From Eledone cirrhosa (Eukaryota), in assembly GCA_964016885.1 (NCBI GenBank), contig OZ024743.1, positions 188,852,001-188,916,000 of the forward strand: 64,000 bases of DNA, written 5' to 3'. A program made the translations under genes and the position numbers. The notes under the pieces were generated by a model. The model was given only the letters and a program-made list of their open reading frames with translations, ran no database searches and had not been told where the DNA came from. How positions within the stretch are numbered: the stretch's first letter is position 1; each line of letters begins with the position of its first letter. Shown piece after piece: positions 55,759 through 64,000 of this stretch.

Positions 55759-56454
55759 CATACCATAAAGAAGGTTATTTGACACTAATATACAAGACAT
55801 CTTAATGAAAATATCACTAAAATATATTTAATTCAGAGAATCATTTACATATAGAATAGCTTATACTAAGTCACCAACAGGGTAGATTCCCATTAAAGCA
55901 ATCTTAAACAAGAAATCTTCCCAAGCATCTTTCTCTAGGGATTGATTCCTAGTAATGCAACTCATTCTAATGTAAATGATTCTAATAATGTTGATCACTA
56001 TAAATAATGGTTGAGTAAAATCAAGCAATGCAGCTCTTGAGATCGAAAATGTGGACAGAGATGCATGTGAGGAATTGACCTTGTGTCACTTGGATGCTGG
56101 GCAAGTATTTTAAGCAGAATGCTAAGTGGTATCTAGCCAGCAATGGGCATATTTTAGATTTTAAACCAGTAACTAAAAGTGTAAACATCCAGTTGACTTA
56201 AGAAACATTGGAAACATTTCAAATTTGAAATGTAGTCATCAGAAAGTAAATGACTATAATAATAGTTGAGAAAATCTATCCTATAATAATATCTACACTC
56301 TACTTTTCTTTATGTATGTAGTATGTAGTACTAAAATGAATAATAGTCTTATTAATCTTAACTAGTAATATCTTGTTTCTCTCCTCTCTCTCTCTATCTA
56401 TCTATCTGTTGCTCTCCCTCTCCCTCTTTATATATATACATATAAATATATAGA

Positions 56455-59400
56455 TGTGTGTGTAGGCACATTGAATGGTTGCTCAAACGAGGTTGTAAAG
56501 ATGCTTGAACGTAAGGCAGTTGATGTCTGTTGTGTTCAAGAGACTGGGTGGAGGGGTGGGCCTGCTAGATTCATTGTGGGCAGGAAACAATGCTATAAGC
56601 TTTTCTGGATGGGTTGTGATAGCGGGCTGGGTGGTGTTGGAATTATGTTAGCAGAAAAATAGGCAGACAAGGTAATTGCCGTAGATAGAGTGAATGAAAG
56701 GATCATTAAAATAAGATTAGTACTAAATATGACAACTGTATCTATTATTTCTGCTTATGACCCCTATTAGGATTACCAGACGTTACTAAAGACAGGTTCT
56801 ATGAGTCTCTAATGCTCACAAACTCCCAGATACCCAACAGTGACTATAGAGTTATTGCTGGCGATCTTAATGGTTATGCTGGACAACATTGTGATAGCTT
56901 TGATGGTGTCCATGGAGGTTGTGGGTTTGGTACTAGAAATGAGGAAGGCTTCAGGATACTGGAATTATGTGATGCAAATAACCTGACTGTCTGCAACACA
57001 AACTTCAAAAAACGTGACAGTCATTTGATCACGTATAGATCAGGGAGCACACCAGCCAGATAGATTTTATCCTTACTAGGAAAACGAGACAAAGTGTCTG
57101 TTTTTAAAACTAACTCCCTCCCTCGCAAAGAATGAGTCTCCCAACATCATTTAATAGTAAGTGACCTCATAGTCAGGGCCAGACGTAATTGCTGGCAGAG
57201 GAATACCTTAAGGAGAAGATTATGGAAGTTGAAGAACCCTGCAGCCAGTAACAAATTCAAAGGCATACTACTTGATACTTTTGATAGTAAGGAAGAGTAT
57301 TTAGAGTCATACAATATAGAGGAACAGTGCGAATTCCTGAAAGTTAACCTGTTGAAGGTGACTGATGAAATCTGTGGCTGGAGCAGAACTTTAGGCAGGA
57401 GGAGAGTGATATCGTGGTGGAATAGTAAGGTGGAGGAGTCTGTCAAGGGCAAAAAGTAGGCGTGGAAACATTGGCAGGACGGGGTTAGTAGAGAACACTA
57501 TTGGGTAGCTAAATATACCTTGCAAAGAAGGAAGCAGAGGATAGTAAGTTCAAGCATATTCTACAACGGGAGGACCAAAGACATGAGATATTCAGGATTG
57601 TGAGGCAATGTGTCAAGGAGAACTGTGATATAATCAGGGAGATGTGTGTCCATAATGATGATGGTGTAATTGCCCTCGCTGATAGTGATAAGATAGCTTG
57701 GAAGTGTCACTACGAGAGACTACTGAATGTGGAGAATGAATGGAATAAAGATAGTCTGCCCCACATTGATCCAATAGAAGGACCAGCTGTGCAAGTTGAT
57801 TGTAGTGTAGTAAGTAAGGCAATCAAAAATATGAAGACAGTCAAGGCAGCTGGGCCTTCAGGGATAGTTGCTGAAATGGTGAAGGTATCTGGAATGGTGG
57901 GACATACTATGGTCACCCGGATAGTAAACCAAGTAATAGAGAATGGGGTCATACCAAATGACTGGCGTAGCAGCAGCATCATCAGCTGTTACAAAGGCAA
58001 AGGGGACACGCTGGATAGAGGAAACTATAGAGGTATTAAATTAGTTGACCAAATCATGAAAGTCACAGAAAGAGTTATTACTCAACTGATCAGAGACCAA
58101 ATTGATCTAGATGAAATGCAATTTGAGTTTGTGCCAGGTAAAAGTACCACGGATGCTCTTTTCCTTGTACGGCAATTGCAGGAGAAGTACCTGGCTAACA
58201 CTAAACCCCTCTACTTAACATTTATTGACCTGGAGAAGGCCTTTGACAGAGTCCCAGACTCCTTAATCTGGTGGGCTCTTAGAAAACTAGGAGTGGAAGA
58301 ATGGCTTGTGAGAGCTATACAAGCCATGTATAGAGGAACAGTCAGAAAGGTTAGAATTAACGAAGATTATTGTGATGAATTTAGTTTAATGGTAGAGATT
58401 CACCAGGGCTCCGTTCTTAGCCCCCGCCTGTTTATTATTGTCCTACAGGCTATATATAACAGAGGGGTTTAAGACTGGCTGCCCATGGGAACTTCTATAT
58501 GCAGATCTAACTCTCATAGCTGAATCTATGGCTGATCTAGAGAGGAAGTTCCAAACATGGAAGCATGGCCTTGAATCAAAAGGCCCTTAGAGTCAACTTG
58601 TCTAAGATTAAGGTTCTTGTATGCAGAAAGGAGAATATGGCACAAGTACCCTCTGGGAAATGGCCATGCTCAGGTTGTAAGAGAGCAGTAGACAGAAACT
58701 CCATTCTATGTCCCAAATGCAAACTATAGTTACATAAATGATGTAATGGGATCAGCGGTAAGCTATCTAAGAACGTAGATTTTATATGTGGCCGATGCTC
58801 AGGTGCAGTAAGTAGCAAGGACCCAATGGATGATATCTCCTTCAACTGCCCAGATGGTTTTATAGAAATAGTAGACACCTTCCATTACCTGGGTGACAAA
58901 ATCAGCAGTGGAGGAGGGTGGTCTGAAAGTGTAGTAGCCAGAGCTAGAACGGGATGGAAAAAGTTCAGAGAGCTAATACCACTGTTGGCCACAAGCGGTT
59001 TTTCTCTAAAAATGAATGGCAGATTGTATGATGCACATATATGAACAGCGATATTAAATGGTAGTGAGACTTGGGCATTGTGTGCTGAAGACAGGCATAG
59101 ATTAGAAAGAAATGAAGCTTGCATGCTCCGAAGGATGTGTAATAGTAATGTGTGCAAAAGGCGAAGCATATAGGAACTAAGAAGGAGACTAAGCATAAAG
59201 AGGTATAAAATGTTGTGTTCTGGAGAGGAGATCGCATTGGTATGGACATGTCATGTGTATGAAGGATGACAGCTGTATAAAAAAGTGCAGGGCAATGAAA
59301 ATGATGGAAGCTGCGGAGTGGATAGACCAAGAAAAACCTGGAATGAGGTGATAAAAACTGACCTTGCTCACTTACACCTCTCTAAGACAATGACACTAGA

Positions 59401-59777
59401 TCGAGACCTTTGGTGCCATGCAGCTGTACAGAAAACCCAACCACCATTGCATACAAACCTACAGTCAGTAGGCACCTCTTAACTCAATGTACACCCCACC
59501 CCCACACCCTACCCTACCGTTCCGTCCACTGTGTAGATGACACAACAGTCCACACTGTAAGGTGGCTCTGTAGGAGACACAGTGAAAAGGCTTCCAGTCC
59601 ACACTGTAAATCTGGTTGGTGTTGGGAAGGGCATCCAGCTGTTAAAAAAAAAAACCTGCCATAGACGGTTCCGTGCAAGCGAGACATGGTCTCCTGACCA
59701 CTCCTGCATCAAATGGAACAAAACCGTCTAACCCATGCTAGCGTGGAAGATGGACGTTAAATGATGATGATGATGAT
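56455..59777 (+). mobile_element. Expander-like RTE LINE, coding region nearly complete, many stops
   Basis: VGTLNGCSNEVV...QET endonuclease start through RT and 3' UTR with (GAT)n. Confidence 0.93.
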
Positions 59778-60376
59778 ATATATATATATATATATGTGTG
59801 TGTAGGTGTGTATATATCTGTAAGTACTTTGGGAGTAATAAAAGAAATCCAGCCATTGACAACCAAACCCTAAACTGGGTTGTATGAGCAAGATGGGGTC
59901 TTCTGACATGTCTATTGTCATAATATAACAATCTATCTAGCTCATGCATACATGGAAAATAAACATTAAGCAGTGATGATGATGATACACACACACACAC
60001 ATATATGGATATATTTAGGGCATATGCATACACACACAAGTATACATATTCTGTACGTTACAGGAGAATAATATAACACATGATTTATATGTCATATGAC
60101 AGTAGGTTAATATGTTTAAATAGCTTTGCACGTAAATATGTATGCCCATTTCCATATATATCTATGACTTTAAGTTTATAGAATTAGAATTATATATCTA
60201 TATTGATGGCATTCAACACTTTCAAAGGAAAGAATGACAAATATCTTCCCCCATGAGGTTTCAAAAGTTCCAATGGTAAACTTTGTAATTTTGTATACAA
60301 TGATTTGTATATAGAACCATGTTTGCTATGTGGATATTCAATAAACATTTAATTATCATCATCAACATCTCAACCA

Positions 60377-60410
<34 letters not shown>

Positions 60411-60424
60411 GTTGTTGTTGTTGT

Positions 60425-62067
60425 TCTTTGAGTCTCAGTCATTGATGTTATTTAACTGGAAAGTTTGTTGAAATGAATATCAAGCCACTACCTGCAGCCT
60501 CAGATATTCAGGATGTATCGAAGGGTTCTTGCTGTTCCCAGCAAGCATGCCTTTTGAAGTGTTCCAAAAAGCGGGGCTGGACTAATTTTCTTTAACCATC
60601 CTTGGAAACTCTTTGAGATAGTACCTACTGCACCTATGACAATCGGGACCACTTTAACCTCATGGCAGTTCCAAATTCTTTTTACCTCCCACTTTAAGTC
60701 CTGGTATCGGTTAATTTTCTCCCTCTCCTTCTCTTGCACTCTCGTGTCGAATGGGCAGGCTACATCCAAAACCACCAGGTCAGGTCTATTGTGTTCCAGT
60801 TTCTTGTCCGTCTGTATCCTAAAATCCCACAGCACCTTCGCCTGATCGTTTTACATCACCAACTCTGGCTTATGCTCATACCACTTCTCAGAATGTGGTA
60901 AATTGTTTATTTTGCATAGGTGCCAGTGGATCACCCTGCACATCACATCATGTCTCCAGCCTTTATAGTGAGTCTGGGCTAGGTGTTTACACTCGGATAC
61001 AATGTGAGCCACAGTCTCCTCTCTATCTCTACAGATCCTACACAGTGGGCTAGACTCCTCCTTGTAAATATGGTGTTTCAGCCACTTCGTTTTGAGGGCC
61101 TGCTCTTGCACAGCCATTAGCATTCCTTCTGTAGCCTTTTTAAGGTCTCCTCTTCTCAACCAGTTCTATGTCTGTGGATCTCTAAATTCAGTTTTCTCAA
61201 AGAAATGTACTATGAAGGGATTTTTCATGAAGGCTGCTCTTTCTCCTTGTTGTTATTTCCTCCTTGGACATCCCTGGTCTATTGTCCTCTCCTCCAGTAC
61301 AATTCTGAACATTGGCTCCCTACTATCAGTCACGTATTTGTGTAGGTTGTTTTTCTCCATCTGAACACAGTCCTCTATGCTGATAAGACCTCTTCCACCT
61401 TCAGATCTCCTTAGTTAGAGTCTATCGACATCACTCCTCTTGTGGAACATGTTGTAGATAGTCAATAGCTTCCTAGTCTTCCTATCCATTTCTTTTTGTT
61501 CAGCAACATTCCATCTCAGAATGCCCGCACTGTACCTAATAATAGACACAGCTCGGGAATTTACTGCGCTTATGGCATTTCTGCTGTTCAGATGTGACTT
61601 CAATACGCTCCTTACTCTCCGAATGTATTCAGATCTTATCAATTCCTTCATTTTTTGTTCTTGATGTCATCAGCCTCCAGAACACCTAAATATCTGTATC
61701 CTTCTTCAGTATCAATTTCCTTTATCATCTCACCTGTTGGTACCTGGATTCTGTTGCTTCTCCTCAATTTACCCCTCTTCATCACAAGGACTCCACACTT
61801 ACTAATACCAAATTGCATACATATATCATTGCTGAAAATACGGACAGTGTCAACAAGCACATCCAACTACTTCTCACTCTTCCCGAAAAGCTTAACATCG
61901 TCCATGAAGAGGAGGTGATTGATGGTAAGCTCTCCCTTTCCCAGCTTTAATCCTGCTCTCACTTTTCACAGTATAATGGTCAGGGGGATCAGGGCAAGGA
62001 CAAACAACAGAGGAGACAAACTATCTCCCTGGAAGATACCGTCCGATGTTAACTCTGTTTTCCAGGA
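60425..62067 (-). mobile_element. 5'-truncated R4/Dong-like LINE in (AAT)n
   Basis: GIFQGDSLSPLLF, FMDD, GYRYLGV, CRIC..H...C knuckle, RHD, RPDLVV..D, LQKACLLGTA; (TTA)n on both sides. Confidence 0.9.
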
Positions 62068-62119
<52 letters not shown>

Positions 62120-62340
62120 GGGTAGTAGATTGGCAGTATCAGTAGAACGTCTGACAATTTGCTTTGTGCTATAGAGTTGCGGCCTTTTATGTTCTGAGTT
62201 CAAATCCTGCCAAGGTTAGCTTTGCTTTTCATCCTTATGAGGTCAATAAAATAAAATACCAGTAGCACACTTGGGTCAATTTAATCGATACTCCTCTCCC
62301 CAAAAATTGGTGGCCTTGTGCCTAAATCAAAAACCATTAT
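62120..62340 (+). mobile_element. tRNA-derived SINE
   Basis: TGGCAGTATCAG A box, GAGTTCAAATCC B box, body as in 11584..11768. Confidence 0.85.
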
Positions 62341-63147
62341 TATCATTATTGTTGTTGTTGTTTGTAGTAGTAGTCCTATCTTTATTGTGTTTTCACTGTA
62401 TTACTGACTGAGGATAGCTCTGTGTACTTTGGGTATGTGCTGTATTGGTTTATGTGTTGTTAATTCCATTGAATTGAGAGTATTGTTTGTAACATGACTG
62501 CAGTGCCTCCACCAACATAATAGATCAGAGCCTAAAATGATATAAATACATACTGCAAGACCTTGTCTGATATTATTTTGATTCTGTCATTCTATTAATC
62601 TTTTTTATTCATGTATAATAACTTCTAACATGTTCCAGGTCACAAACTTTGGAGGAAAAGGATTCAGTTCATACCAGTATGGGGATTGGTACTTGTTTAT
62701 ATATACCCATGAAATATGCATGTCAAATTTAGAATAGCTACATCATATCGCTGCATATTGTAAGAAGTGACAAATAGGTTTAGTGTAAGGAATGGCATTG
62801 GGCTATAAAACATTTCCTAAAAAAGAGTGAGAATGATTATGATAATATATGTATATATATTGGGAGAGAGAGAAAGAAAGAGAGAGATAAGTGAAACCCA
62901 GGCCACAGTGCAAAGCAGTTTTGTGTGTGCAACAAACTTTCTCAAGGATGTAGGAATTTTTGCATAAAAAATTTCTATACCCTTGAAAAGGCTTGATGTA
63001 CACACAAGCAGAAACTTTGGTACTACGGTCAGGATTTTATGTATCTCTATACCCACTCTGCATCTCCCCATGGATTGAGTACTCGCATGTTTATTGGTCT
63101 CCCTGGCATCAGCACCACAAACTCTCTCTCTATATATATATATATAT

Positions 63148-63668
63148 TAGAGGAATTGGTTGCAGTGTGCAAGAGTGAAGACTGCATTGGTATGGCCATG
63201 TGATGTGCATGACAAATGGTACTTGCATAAAGAAATGCAGAGAAACACCAGTGGCTGGAATCCATAGGGTTGTAAGGACTGACCTAAGAAAGCTAAACCT
63301 TACAACAGAAATAACTACAGACCGTGAGGATTTGTGCTACACAGTGCTGAAGAAGAGCCAACTTGCAGCTTACAATGTGACCTGACCCCCCCCTCTCCCT
63401 TCCACTAGCACAACCTAATTTTTATTCTCATCTTCATTATTTCAACCCCCACCCACACACACACACCTTCCTAGCAGGACCCTCTACTCATGTCAAGGGC
63501 ATGACAACCTCTCCTGGGCTCTTGATGGAACATGAAACCATACATGAGCGAGACATAGATTCCTGGCTTGCTAGGGAGATCAGTGCCTCTGCTTCAGTAA
63601 GGACTTGGTCTGTATAGACCCTTCCAAATCTTGCTAGCAGGGAAAGGGGATTTTAAAACAACAATGAT

Positions 63669-63670
<2 letters not shown>
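63148..63670 (+). mobile_element. Old RTE 3' fragment
   Basis: RGIGCSVQE..LHWYGHVM remnant and tail related to 49060-49200. Confidence 0.7.
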
Positions 63671-63703
<33 letters not shown>

Positions 63704-63886
63704 CACGCACTCCAGGTTGGCCACTCTGGTGTTGTCTAACATGTCCATTAAAATCCTCAGCTTAGATGATGTGGTCCTTGTCATCTATCACTTGGTTGTA
63801 AAAGATCCTCATAGAAATGGACTTTTTCTTCTTTAGTCAGTCGTGCTTCTGGTGCCTAGACAGAGATAATTGTCATCATTTTATTA

Positions 63887-63922
<36 letters not shown>

Positions 63923-64000
63923 TCAGACTGAAATATTAAGTTGCCTCCACCCTCTCCTCAGGGAATTTAAATGTAAAAGTATGTCATTAAATACAAAGTG

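Overview
AT-rich eukaryotic repeat landscape, most likely an octopus/cephalopod intergenic or intronic region (inferred from the SINE/LINE types and very long (TA)n arrays). No host protein-coding gene could be supported, and the many Y/I-rich ORFs are microsatellite artefacts. Recognisable content: decayed RTE LINEs (one BovB-like copy with three C-terminal C2H2 fingers; about ten Expander-like copies, the longer ones with a PHD-like finger inside the RT), R4/Dong-like and Tx1/L1-like LINEs in (AAT)n, tRNA-derived SINEs, two non-autonomous Helitrons, an old Gypsy remnant, and mariner and hAT MITEs. The main signal is in the first 29 kb. Between the (TA)n arrays I found by eye 12 type I hammerhead ribozyme motifs of about nine sequence families. 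Some belong to 3' ends of Penelope-like (GIY-YIG) retroelements, others to non-coding elements. They include a 422-nt retrozyme-like unit with an inverted, circularly permuted copy, head-to-head inverted repeats, core variants (U3-A8, C4, GUU triplets) and a stem II expanded into a covarying three-way junction with a candidate pseudoknot. All RNA structures were paired manually, not computed, and activity is untested.
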